Shown piece after piece: positions 13,600 through 26,329 of a stretch of DNA of 64,000 nt. The notes under the pieces are model-generated. The model did no database searches. It was not told the DNA's origin and saw only the letters and a program-made list of their open reading frames with translations. The DNA comes from Bispira polyomma (lineage: Eukaryota): NCBI GenBank assembly GCA_965649765.1, contig OZ287755.1, positions 52,390,001-52,454,000 of the forward strand, read 5' to 3'. The translations under genes and the position numbers were made by a program. Position 1 is the first letter of the stretch. Every line of letters begins with the position of its first letter.

Positions 13600-14098
13600 C
13601 TTTAAACTTAAACTCCTGTTTGGGTGATACCTATTGTTAAAATCAGGTGTTTCTTTTTAAAGTAGGTACTGTCTGCTGTCTGGGCCGCATTATTAAATGA
13701 CCTTGTTTAATAAATTACTCAGTTGAAGTTTAAATTGGTACATCATATTCAGTAACTTTTAAATATATATTACATTTATTCATCAAAATTATGATAGAAA
13801 ATTATATTAACATAAAATTGCATCGCCTTACCTTTATTTATAATTATAAATGGTGTATGTGTATTTAGAAATTCAGAATGACTTTAAACAATACATAAAA
13901 ATACAATTTGTTACCATCACCTTAGTTTTCAGCAGTTTAAGTCAGAGAATTGCCTCAAATCAGGTGTTTCTTTAAATTAATAGTCCTCGCCTTCAGCTCG
14001 GACCAATAATTTAAAAAAAAAAACTGATTCTTGGCTATTCTCCTACACAGAAACATCTGCACCTAAACAATAGGTATCACACAAAGAGAAGTTTAAAC
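13600..14098. mobile_element. Inverted-repeat element
   Basis: gtgatacctattgtt (13624-13638) vs aacaataggtatcac (~14066-14080); internal hairpin 13957-14030. Confidence 0.55.
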
Positions 14099-15205
14099 TC
14101 TCATCATCGTTCTAGAGTCATGCATTAACCTGGAAAGATCCTTCTACAATCATTTCAACTTAAATGTAAACATACCACAATACCAGGGTTATTATTATTA
14201 TTATTAACACCACATTAGATAGTTGTATAGGAAGTCTTGTCAGATAGTGCTGAATCTACTACGGTGACCTGGTGGAAAACACACTCAGAGGACATAGGTT
14301 TGATTGCCAGGAAGAGGGTGATTTATATCACTTAAATTGACACAGATGAATGATTTACAGTAGCTTACTTCTTTATATACTGGATACTTAACATTCTCCA
14401 ATTAGCATGTATATGGTCAGCTGAGATTGGTAACTGGCTTTCCGGTTACAGACATGAAGTCTGTCTAATGTTATTATATGTAAGGGTTTGCATCTTTACG
14501 ACATATGTTTAGTCTTACTTTTGGCAATAGGTTTACAATATTAAAAGCATTTACTAAATAAATGGAAATGGCTGTGTTATATCAAAGGCCATAACTTTTA
14601 ACATTTGTTGAACACATTAATATTGATTTATCCTACACTTAAGATATGCTTCAATATTCTTTAGCTTTCACAAATCTTTAAAAATGTGATTTGAAAGTTG
14701 CCTGGTGAAAGCTATTTTATTCGAGAAGTATGGTCCTACGTCATTGCAGTTATTGGGAACTTATGTAGGACGTAATTACTGTAAAATACCAATAAGGCCT
14801 AGTTAAGAAGTCATTTAGCAAAGTAGAGATTTTTTTACCTCCGGGGATTCTTTTTTTTTCCCTACTTTTTTGAAACCTTTTAAGACTGCTTTATGCATTT
14901 TTTGTTCTGAAAACATCTTGCAGTATTGCAAAAGTTGGATTATTTTGCAGGAGTGATTGGGTGATATTAAAAAAAAGTAAAGTGTATTGTGGAATATCTT
15001 TTTACAATTTCAAAACGATAACTACATGATGTCTACTGCGGCAAGTAATGCAATACAATGATGCTTCATATCGGAACACAAATGCATATATTTTTCTTCT
15101 GTTTCTCCTACATTCTTCTGCTATTATTACATATATTTTCCTATATTATTGAGATTTGCAAGTTGTATTGATGAAACAAATATTGATATTTGTACAGTAA
15201 TTGTA

Positions 15206-15375
15206 CGAATCCTGTCGATGCCTGTGTGGGAAAGCTGGTAGTTTCTTACTGTGGGCCGCTGGTTTCAGTTCAGAACCTTGATCAACTGTATGCAGTGTTT
15301 CCTCCAGGGTTTCCAACTACCCATCCCAATATTACCTAAACAGGTACTAGAGTGAACGTTAAATATCCAAATTTA
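15206..15375 (+). mobile_element. SINE family A, 5'-truncated
   Basis: Matches the 3' two-thirds of the 5156 copy, from gaatcctgtcgatgcc to aaatatccaaa. Confidence 0.85.
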
Positions 15376-15699
15376 AAAAAAAAATTAAGGATTATGGTCA
15401 TGTCTGTGAGAAGTCACTGGTGCATGTGTGTGAAGATAAAGTTGATCATTAGAAACGATATAGTTTGGATATAAAGGATATTGTGAGATGCTGCACCCTT
15501 CTGGAGGGATGAATCAGTATATTTGTAAACATAATTATAAAGAGTAGAAATGTATGCATAAATGTCCCTTTTCTTTTTCCTGATATTTTAAAACTTGCAC
15601 TAAAAATAATTAACCGTTTTCTGTTGTATCTCAGGCTTAAATTTGAATCTTCAAAAATGTAGAGGAAAATGGCTTGGACCCTTAAAAATGGCCCTGAAT

Positions 15700-16400
15700 T
15701 ATTAGAAGGAAATATTTTTACCTATAAAATGCTTGGGCTTTTATATTGAGAATAATAGCATTGACTGCATCTACAAATATTTGGAAATACAAACTTATAA
15801 ATTTGAAATTATTGTCCTTATGTAAAGCACCAAAAATCTAACAGTGCATAGCAAAATTGAGGTTGTTAACAAAATTGCGCTACCAAAGCTTATTTAATAT
15901 GACTACAATAAGAGTACCAAACATAATACTAATACTTATTGAAAAAGAAATATATAAGTTTGTTTTGGGAAACAGGTGGCTACAATAATTAGAGACATTA
16001 AAAATGATGGTCTGAATGTTGTAGACATATTCAGCCAAGAGCAAGCTCTGAAAGTGTCATGGATACCTCAATCTTGCAGCATAATCCAAGACTCATGGAT
16101 ACAGAAGTTGAAAGGGTCTCTTGAAATGACCTTTAGGCAAGAAAAACTCTTGAAATATATTCCAAATTTATATACCAATGTACTCCCACCATTTAACATA
16201 TGCAAATATGATACATCTCTATATAAAGCCTCAACTATTGAACTGTTAGCATAATATATTATATGTGGGACAATAAATATTTTAATGTTAAAGGGCAGAG
16301 CTATTTCTTAAAAATTGGAAAAACACTGGAATTCGTATAAGACCTCATAAATGATCATTTATATGGCTTGTCAGATAATGAAATCTTTAACTAACTTCAA
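15700..16400 (+). mobile_element. Degraded L1/Tx1-like LINE ORF2 fragment
   Basis: GLNVVDIFSQEQALKVSWI motif; broken frames. Confidence 0.55.
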
Positions 16401-16692
16401 GTCCAACAGGATTAGTGAAAGAGATCATTAAACAAACAAGTCTTAATGCTATATGATGCAACCATAGCCAGCTGAAACAGAACACAAGAACAATGACGGG
16501 TGCATCCACCCCGGTATGGTCACCCAAAACACACTGAAACAATGTACATCTGGTCTTCTAACCATCACCGTTAAAAGAAATGGGATATGAGACAGATAAA
16601 TATATGTTATTAAGTACTTGTAGACTTTATAGACATTACATAACTGTTGGAATGTGATTAGTATCCTTGCTTGTGTTCACACTAATTCAGAA

Positions 16693-16809
16693 GCCAGGGG
16701 CCGTATTCACGAAGGGACTTAGCCAGGCCTTAGGCTTAAATCAGTATACTTTTGTACTAGATGTAAGCCTAAGACCAGGCTTAACCCTTTCGTGAATACC
16801 GCCCCTGGC
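16693..16809. mobile_element. Short palindromic MITE
   Basis: gccaggggccgtattcacgaaggg ... ccctttcgtgaataccgcccctggc nearly perfect foldback; related palindrome at ~58258-58465. Confidence 0.75.
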
Positions 16810-17328
16810 AACTATAATCTATTTAAAAGCTGTGTCACTAATAAGGACCCCAACTTTTACTGGTTAGTGAGACCAACCAATACTGTTTGCATTTCTTTGA
16901 ATTTTTAAAACACTTATCGGTCAGATGACCACCAGTTTTACAGATTTTTACAACGTATATTTTTTGCATTGCTTTGAGTCAACATTTTGAGATAAATCGT
17001 GGCTCACATGATCACTTAAAGTGGCTCTTTTATGTAACAATTTGACACACCAGGAACTAGCCTAAGTAACATTGTGTGTGCCCAGGGATTCTGTAGTTTT
17101 GCAATCATTTATTTATTCTACTAAGCTGATTCTCACAATTGTATGTGATTGCAAGATGTTTTATATGATTTATCTTAGCAATAGTTAAAGTATAGCATTA
17201 TAGAACTTGTTGAGGTATTTTATGTGCAGTGTTACTAGAGAAGTCACATTACATTGCTGCTGCATTAACACACAAACAGAATGTTTTGTGTCTCAATGAA
17301 GTAATAATGTTGACATGTTTACAGATAA

Positions 17329-17578
17329 AGGCGACAATTTCTATGAAATCAGTATAGTGGTCCCATTAGTCAATCAAAGGTCATTGAGTGCCAGTAGTTG
17401 GTAGCTGATCCTGCTGTAAAAATCTTTCAACAGTCACACTCTCTGGCTAATTAGTGATGTTTTGTAATCAACTAGTCCAAGTCAACAGCATAGTGAGGAT
17501 ATTTCAAAACTGTCCTTTAGTGTGAAGAGACCTCATTCATTGCTGACTTGGCCATCAACCCACACACAGGGAGACACT
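17329..17578 (+). promoter_or_regulatory. Putative promoter/5'UTR module of V2 (paralogous copies at 1-133, ~22270-22520, ~28922-29174)
   Basis: Collinear block upstream of V1-V4; CAATCAAAGGTCA in V2-V4 and CTAATTAG in all four; function inferred from position only. Confidence 0.5.
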
Positions 17579-17886
17579 ATGGGCTTTACTCAGGCATTCC
17601 TGACTTCTCTAGTCATCAGCTCATCTTTGGGACTTCAATCTGTTGTCACACATAACACTTCAGTGTGTCTGGAAAACATTAGGATTTTTGACACTTTGGA
17701 GTTTCCAGAGACTTTAGACTATTTGCTGACGGTTCCCAAAGATCCGGGTACCATAAGGATGTTATTGTCTTTGACTTCAAATAAGCGATCCAGGGCTTCT
17801 ACTGCTTACGAATACTCCGGTTCTGCTATGACCATGGCATATAATGCATTGTGTCAACTTGGGGGTTTTGCAAACCAAACATTTGA
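17579..17886 (+). CDS. Variable first coding exon V2
   Basis: actATGg; MGFTQAFLTSLVISSSLG...CLENIRIFD...YEYSGSAMTMAY...NQTF GA|gtaagt; 308 nt, phase 2; no stops or frameshifts. Confidence 0.85.
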
Positions 17887-20039
17887 GTAAGTATTTTGTT
17901 ATTGTTGTTGCATTTTCTATATTTTTTAAATTGTAGTATAAAGTTACTATATACTGTATAACTGGTAAATATAGCTTGAAGAAAATTTTACTAATTTTTA
18001 CAGAAATTTACATGGAATTAATTTTCACTTTTAGTTGATCTTTTTTTTCTTGAATAATTGATATACATTTTGTTACTCGGAATAAATTTGCACTGCCTAA
18101 GCTCACAAAGGCAAAACAGTGAAACGAATGTTTCTACTGATACAGTATTTAATATGAAACTTCTTTCCTAGATTTCCAAAATCTACAACATTACTCTTTG
18201 CAAGAAGCATTCAATATTCAATGGTTTTAATGTAAAGCCTTATATCAATGACAAAACAGTATGCTTTGATATTTGTTACAATTTAATGCTTGGTTCAATA
18301 AATCTTTCATGGTAGTGGTTTGCAATAAAAATGTGCTATCTTTGAAAATAAAAATGGACATCAAAAGTTGTCATTATTAATAGCAAATGTATTTGTGAGC
18401 AGTAGACCATTTTTGTGTTAAGATTGAGATTTCTCTGTGCATGGAAAAAATTTCCAAATTGCTGTACAGAAAGGAAATCAAGCTGATATTCACATATCAA
18501 AGCTTCTGCAAAAATATTAAGCTTTCTTAATCAACCACATGTCATTAAACAGCCATTAATCCACCAATAATTGGAAGAGATCGAGAGGTATAGATATTTG
18601 ATTTGAGTGACAAGTGTAACATAGTTAATGTAACAACAAAATTAAGGTTATTAGTAACTTTTGGCAACACTAAAATAGCAATTAAAATTTGGTGACACTA
18701 AATACAACATAGTGGGGGTGTATCATACGAAAGGAATAATATTACATACCTGTACTAAAACTGACCAGTATATATTTAATGCTTGTAATGTTGAAACAAA
18801 TATGCCCTGGACATTAACCCTGTCACCCCATCATCAGTTGCTATGGGTTTCAACAAATAAATCCTACAAGTTTTTTTCTATCAGACAAAGATATCATTGT
18901 TGTTGTTTTTGCTCGTGTGTGGAAATGTCCTGTAACTGTTTATGTAGAAACTCATGACTTATGGAAGTAGTTCACTTTGAATTTCACCATTTCACCTGTA
19001 GTACAAGGTTATTGTTCTTTAGAAACTTTATCAATGTAGCGGCTAATTTGGTGTGCATTTCAACCATTAAAAGTCTTTTATGTGAGCCAGTTTGTCATAG
19101 TATCTGCCCTTATTCGTCTGACAAATCCACTGAACAGTTAAGTTGTATTTAACTAACCTCAATTAATGGATTGAGCTGCATTGAATCGCACCAAAACCAA
19201 TGTTTTTGGTACAAATGCAGCATCCAACAATGATTTGCAGTACCTTACTTTTTTATGCTGGAGACTTAACATTCTCCAATTATCATTTATTTTGTCAGGT
19301 AAGATGGATAACTTGCTTTAAGTTGCAGATAATAGTCACACCGATGCTATAATTTGTAATGGTTGCATCTTCAGGACGTATGTTTACTATAAACAACACA
19401 AATGTGTTATATTGTATGGAATAACTTTTTACATGATTTGGACATATGAAGGGTGATTTGTTGTATATTTAGGACATTCTTTAAATATATCGAGCTTTCA
19501 GGCCCCTTCTAAATGTATCAAGAAATTGCTTATTTTTAAACCCAGTGAAGGTAATACATAAGAATGATGCTTCATATCAAACCCAACCGGTTTTATATTT
19601 TTCTACATTTTGACGCTGTGCCTATACATATTGTGTATTGATCCACAAATATTGATATTTGTACACCATTTAGCAGATAGTGTAATCATCAGCATTTTTT
19701 TTAAATATATTAGTTTTACATATATTTTTTTAATTCTTTTTGCCATTGTACCTATAGTACTATAGTGAGACATGTTGTATGATGTCCACCAACAACCATT
19801 AATATGAAGAATGCTGTCTACTAACGCACTCTAGCAGTGTTTTCTGTGACACAGTAAGGCTTCTTAAGTGCTGTGTAATTAGAGAAGTCACACACCACTT
19901 TATTGCTTCATTAACAGTCCCACACACACACAGTGCTTTGTGTCTCAATCAACTTACAATGTCTGCAAAAAAGCTGTGGCTATCATTATGTTGCAGTATC
20001 AACAAAACAGGTTGCCATAAGAGCTTTATGATATCCTGA

Positions 20040-20296
20040 GGGGGCCGCGGTGGCCTAGTGGTTAGCAAGTATTCCGCTTCACAATCACTGGTCTCTCACC
20101 TCTGGGCGGAGTGAGTTCGAATCCCATCAATGCCTATGTGGGAAAGGTGGTAGTTCCTATTTTGGGCCGCTGGTTTCACTGCACAACCTTGACCGACTGT
20201 ATGCAGTGTTTCCTCCAGCGTTTCCAACAACCCGTCCTAATATAACCTACTAAAAGATACTAGAGCGGACGTTAAATATCCAAATTCAAATTCATC
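20040..20296 (+). mobile_element. SINE family A, full length
   Basis: TGGCCTAGTGG A-box, GTTCGAATCC B-box, TSD atatcctga (20031-20039 / 20297-20305). Confidence 0.9.
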
Positions 20297-20989
20297 ATAT
20301 CCTGATCAATCAGTAAATTTTTGACATAAATAACAGTATATATGTAGCTCTATTGGTTAAATTTTAGTAAATGTCCCTACTGTTTTTGCTAATATTTTAA
20401 AACTCACTTTGTGTTTTGAAATACAAATTATGATACAATATGGACCTTAAATTTAATGATGAGAATTATCAACTGAATTACAAGAACACTCACAACCACA
20501 TGCATCCTGGTAGGATTACCGAAACAACAATGAAACAATGTACACAGCAGTAGAACATAGTCCTCATCAACCTGGTCCTCTAACTCTCACCATTAAAACG
20601 AATAGGATATAATATATGTATATATTTCAGGAAAAGATTCTATAGACATTACATAATTGTCATTGTGTGATTTAAGTAAAGATTTAAGTCTTTAAGTTTA
20701 AACCTTGCCAACTATACTAATATTTTCAAGCGTGTGGTCACTGATGTGGACAGCAACTTTTACAGATTATTGGGGTCAACTTGTACTGTTTGCATTTCTT
20801 TGACTTTTTACGACACTGTCAACATCTTTGGTTTCTACCACACATGTGAGATACACAGGTTTTCTTCAACTCAGTGAGGCTTGTATTGTGCAGTGTAATT
20901 AGAGAAGTCAAAGTACATTGCTGCTGTCACAGTACATAGCTACAGTGACCCTCAAACAGAATGTTTTCTAAACTTTGAAATGTGAGGCA

Positions 20990-22065
20990 ATGATTCTCAG
21001 GCGAAAGCGTTTAAGATGTGCAGTAAAGTATTTCATTAACTGAATTCCATACTTTTTGAGATTCTGTGAGTTGTCATTTATAATGGAGTTTTAGTGCTTT
21101 TTCTTGGCTTTGGTCATGAGCATATTGAAGTGGTTTTTGGCGATTCTATGGCGCTTTCTATCTAAAGCTGATTTAGTGAGCCGCCATCCTTGCTTAAGTT
21201 AACGTTTATGCTGTTTGGCTTCCTTAATGTCTGGATTAATCCATTCATGGGATGGGGGGGGGGGGGGGGGGGGGGGGCAGAGAGTGCAATGATTATAAAA
21301 ACCCATGGAGTGGGACTGTGTAGGATTGAAGACATAGGCTGAGGCTGTCCGCAATTTTGCATGGCTATTTAATCAGGCGAAGAATGTTATCCCAAAATCT
21401 ATCAATCTTAATTTTCCCAATGTTGTAGTATTTAATAATATTAGTTTTTTTTGTGACCCTTGTTTTGGCAGTGCCAAATGGGCAAAATTGGCAAGATGTT
21501 CTGAGACCCCATAAATGACCTACACATAAGTATTGAGTTAAGACTCGGGTAAGGCAATGATGAGTTTGATTATGTAGTTGTGAAGATGAGTAGAAAAAGG
21601 AACAAACTGTGCAAACCCAAAAGCTGTCTAAGAGTTTCTTCAAGTATTTGATGTCTGTGCTATCAATATTAACTTTAATGTTGAAATCCCCTAGTCTAAT
21701 AGCTTGTTGGTTTTGAGGAAGTCAGAGAAATCCTGGTGAAAGCTGGTCAAGAAGGACATGGAGTGGAAGAGGGATAAAACACTAATGATTGAAAGCTATT
21801 TAAAATTTAGAAGATTATGTTTTTAAAGGAAGGAGATGGCTGAATGTTGATAGTTTCGTAGAAAATGGCATTTTTGACAAGGATACCAACTCCACCTCTG
21901 CCGCTAGGATGGTGGAGAAGTTTTGTGGAGTTTTTTTTCTGATACGAAATGATGATGTATCTCTGCTGCTTTGCCAGGTCTTAGAGATGCAGGCCATGTC
22001 AAGGTCATGGGTTTGAAATAAACATGTGACTGACAACACTTTATTATGGATAGATCAGATTGCAA
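20990..22065 (-). mobile_element. L2/CR1 LINE endonuclease-region fragment upstream of V3
   Basis: HDLDMACISKTW; degraded GDFNI-like motif; homologous to 26940-27830. Confidence 0.7.
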
Positions 22066-22269
22066 AACCTACAAAAATCATAGAAAACTATCAGTTCACA
22101 GATAACAGATTGAAAGAGGTATATTGGTAGCATGAGATTACTGGCTGGAAATTAATATTTTGTAGTAACTGCTAAGGGTCTAATACACAGAGAGATTGGA
22201 TTCAAAAGAAAACATGCAATAGTAAGATTTCCTGTAAAGTTATGTGAAATAATTCCTGACTATTCAAGG

Positions 22270-22520
22270 TGATTATTTCTCTAAACTCAGTATAGTGGTC
22301 CTATTAGTCAATCAAAGGTCATTGAGTGCAAGTAATTGGTAGCTAATCCTGCTGTAAAAATCTTCCAACAGTCACACTCCCTGTCTAATTAGTGATGTTT
22401 TGTGATGAACTAGTCTAAGTCAACAGCATAGTGAGGATATTTCAAAAGTATCCTTCTCTGTAAAGACACAGTCATTCAATGCTTACCAGATCACTAACCC
22501 ACACACAACTGGGAGACACT
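22270..22520 (+). promoter_or_regulatory. Putative promoter/5'UTR module of V3
   Basis: Near-identical to the V2 module; AAAGGTCA 22314-22321, CTAATTAG 22385-22392. Confidence 0.5.
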
Positions 22521-22828
22521 ATGGGCTTTACTTGGGCATTTCTGACTCATCTATTCATGAGCTTGGCTTTGGGACTTCAATCCATTGTCACACACAACAC
22601 TTCAGTGTGTCTAGAAAACATTCATGTTTTTGACACTTTGGAGTTCCCAGAGACTTCAGATTATTTGCTGACGGTTCCTAAAGATCCAGGTACCATAAGG
22701 ATCTTGTTGTCTATGAGGTCCAATAAGAAGAGCAGGAGTCCTTCATCATATGAATACTCTGGTTCTACCATGACCATGGCATATAATGCATTTTGTCAAC
22801 TGGGAGGATTTGGAAACCAAACATTTGA
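22521..22828 (+). CDS. Variable first coding exon V3
   Basis: actATGg; MGFTWAFLTHLFMSLALG...YEYSGSTMTMAY...NQTF GA|gtaagt; 308 nt, phase 2 (an in-frame upstream ATG exists at 22479). Confidence 0.85.
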
Positions 22829-24599
22829 GTAAGTATTTCGTTGGGGTTGTTGCTTTTTCTTAATTTTTATATTGCAATAAATAGTTACTGTATCGCTGGG
22901 TAATTAAGCTCGAATGGAATAAATATAAAGTTAATAGGATTGAAACATATGATCTCAATGTTAGATACTCAATGTAGGTTATAAATACAGGTATTTTCCT
23001 TCACACAATATCATCTTAAGTTTGTAAAAATTGATTCAAAGTCTCATATAAACTCATACTCAAATAACCTGTATTAATGGATTGAATTGCATTAAATAGC
23101 ACCTAAAACAATGTTTTCGGTACATAAGGGGCATCAAAGAATGACTTGCACTAGTTGATTTGTTTATATATGCTGGAGATTTAAAGTTCTCCAAAATAAG
23201 TTGTGTCCAATTTATTATGTCAGCTGAGATTACTAACTGACTTCTAGTTGTAGACATACGTCTCAGTAATGCTTGGAGTTGTCTTGAAGTTACTTTTGGC
23301 AATAGATTTTAATATTGACCATTTGCCCATGAAAGTAAATGTTTATGTACTTGTGTAAACTATTATGTGCCCAATAACATTTTGTATTCTTTGTATTCCA
23401 TAAGCCTGCTTTATCGTGTACGTTTTATATGCTTCAATTATCTTAAACTTTGAGATACCTTTTAATGTAAAGATGAAGGTTGCTGAATTTTGATGTCAAT
23501 GAAAGTCATTTTTTATAAACTCAATTAGTTTTATGCACAATGTCATGCATTTATTGGGAAATTAGGCAGGAAGGGATTATTGTAAAAAGGAGCAGTAATA
23601 CCTAGTCAAAACGTCATTTAGCCAGTAATGTTTTCACATGCGGATTAAAAAATGTATGAAAAGCATAGAGCTATATTTAAACTCTTGTTTAAGCTGCAAT
23701 GCCTCATTTCTTCATAAAAAACTTAATATATAAGGCTTTTACTTTTATTGTATCAACCTTCTTCTTCCTCAGTATTTCTTGTTTCTGGTTAATGACATGT
23801 GGGGTACTTGTACACACATTTGTCCTTTAAATACCTAGCTTCAGCAATGACTATGGCCTGTAGTGAACTGTGTAAGTCAAAGACATTTGAAAACCAAGAG
23901 TTTGAAGTAAGTTCACCAATATAACCTCTTAAATGTGGTCCTTGTCTTTTGGATGTTACTATTTTGAAAGTAAAAATGATAAAAAATAATTTTTACAGCT
24001 TCGAGCATTCTCTGAGGGAACAGACCATGGATTTGCTAAGATATCCAGTAAAAATGATCTTAGACTAAAAAGTTTCACCTCAAAACTTATATTCCTATAA
24101 GCTTTTTCTATCATACAGTAGATAGCTTTCCACGTCGTATTCATTTACTGAAATAACAATCATTAAACTTATGAAATAATGGTCCATTATTTAGGAAATA
24201 TATACCTTTACTGACCAAATCAGTGACTACACCTTTTTTACTGAAAGTTTTAGTAAATATATGTACATGACAAAAATGGGGAATAAATACATTAGTAATG
24301 ACAAAGATGTAGTTTCTAAAATATGAGCTGAAGAATTTGAAAACCTGTACAATAGTAATGAAGGTAGTGCCAAGGTAACGGAATTCAATAAAGGCATTAC
24401 AGATCAAGTAAATGTCCTTGAATCAAACTTGTCTTTTAATTCTCCTAGTGATTTAAACAAGACTACAAAGAGAAATACAAAAAGCCTTAGGTAAAGTAAA
24501 AACGGCAGAAAAATCTCCCTTAAGAAGTGTTTAAAAATAAAATTCAATTGCTCACAGAACTTTTTTTATTTGTAATTCTGGTTGTGTTATTCCCTGAAA

Positions 24600-25620
24600 T
24601 AGGAGATTAGCTAAAAATTAAACCATTACCAAAATATTCAACAGAAGATCCCAGAATTGCCACCCAATATAGAGGAATTAGTAATCTACTGTCTATAAGC
24701 TATTCACAAGTACTATAAGTAAAAGAATATCAGACTATCTTGAAAACAAAACGATGTCCTAGCAGATAAACAAAAGGATTTAGACCAAATTGTAGCTGTG
24801 AAGACTATGTTTGTATACTCTCAACAATATTTTAAAAATGTAAAGCAAAAAATCACTCAACATATGTGGCTTTTATAGATGCTGAACAAGCTTTTGATAA
24901 GGTAAATCGAACATTCATGATTTATAAACTACTCAAGGTGGGAATCAATAAAAAATACCTATAGGTTAATCAAATGTATATGTGAGTCTTGACTATGTTG
25001 TATTAATATAAATAGTAGTTTAACAAAGACATTTTCCAACATACTAGGAATACGACAAGGTGATACTATATTTCTAACTCTTTTTAACATATTTATAAAT
25101 GAAATTAACAACTTAGGTCTGGAATACCAGCAGGGGAGTAGCTACCATTAACGCCAGTACGCCCAGGCGTACCAATTTAATGACAAGAAAGAAAGAAAAA
25201 AAAGTCTAACAAAAAAAATCTGAAAAAAAAAAAAAAAATTAATTAATTTAAATTTCTTTCTATCCTGGTTGTTTTATCAGTAACATAGATTTTTGTTGTT
25301 AAATAAAATTTTATTTGATACTCCCCAATTAAACCACAATATTATGTTAATGACCCCCCCCCCCCTCCCCGACCCCCACACTCACACACACGAATTGAAT
25401 TTTTGATAGGACAAAAAAAAAACCTAATATATTGGCTTAATTTGGGAGTACCAGATAAAAAATCCTGGCTGCTCCCATTCACCATGAGACAATAACAAAA
25501 GTATGTCAGTCCTTTCTGTGCAGATGATATTGCAATTTTAGCAGTGTCTGGGGAAGACTTGCAAAATCAAACAAAAGTTAGCCTTAAACTTGGAAGTGAT
25601 GTCCTTGAAACAGTTTCAGA
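24600..25620 (+). mobile_element. Degraded LINE RT fragment interrupted by a MITE
   Basis: YRGIS, AFIDAEQAFDKVNR, GIRQGDT, LFNIFIN, ADDIA motifs in shifting frames. Confidence 0.75.
25131..25478. mobile_element. MITE with CAGGGG(A/C)GTAGC termini
   Basis: Reverse-orientation homologue of 51696-51948. Confidence 0.75.
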
Positions 25621-26329
25621 ATACAAATTTTCAATGAAATTGTGGATGTATTTTTGAGGTATCGAGAGACATCAGTTCGGATACCTTAGATGAAATCACC
25701 ACATGACTTAAACTGAAAAACTATGTCCATACTTAACGTAACCAAAAACTTAAACTCAAATGTTTGTTTAAGACGACTTTTACTTTTAAATCTGTATATT
25801 GTAATCATTTAAGTCATATTGTATAGACTATGAGGAAATGTAAATAGACTGTAGTCTAGAAATTTATTTTATATATCTTATACATATGATATAATAAAAT
25901 TCTATTTACCCTCATTGAGTTTATTACTGACTTGGAGTGATGGGGACTGGATAAAATGACTACATAGAAGGTTTAATCGACTGTAACTTGTTTATGTGAG
26001 ACTTTTTTACTCCTAACAGAAAGAGAATCGCAGTAATCGAAGCATCTATTTACAAGAGAGTTATACAGTGATAGAATTAGCCAATGACAAGTAACTTTTG
26101 ATTTTTTTTATATCGCGAATGTGATAGTAACATGAGTGACAAATGTTGCTGATTTGCATATCGAATGAGAAAGAGTCAATAGTAAGACAAAGGTTGTTGA
26201 CATTATCAAAAGGTTATATATCATTGCTCACTAGTCCAATAGGCAATAATGATCTTAATATTCAGTACTCACAGCATTTCTGGGTACCAATAAAATTGAA
26301 TTTGGGACAATTAATTAAAAGGGGATGAG

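Noticed and set aside
17522-17578. N-terminal extensions of V2 (GTG start) and V4 (TTG start, 29133) in the ORF track
   Set aside because: Non-ATG starts in a eukaryote; the conserved ATG directly precedes the hydrophobic leader
20040-20125. tRNA genes
   Set aside because: A/B boxes are SINE heads followed by a shared body, simple-repeat tail and TSDs
21253-21277. Long G homopolymer (also C run at ~8911-8929) as a functional G-quadruplex or poly-Pro/Gly coding tract
   Set aside because: Lies within decayed TEs; homopolymer slippage or sequencing error is more likely
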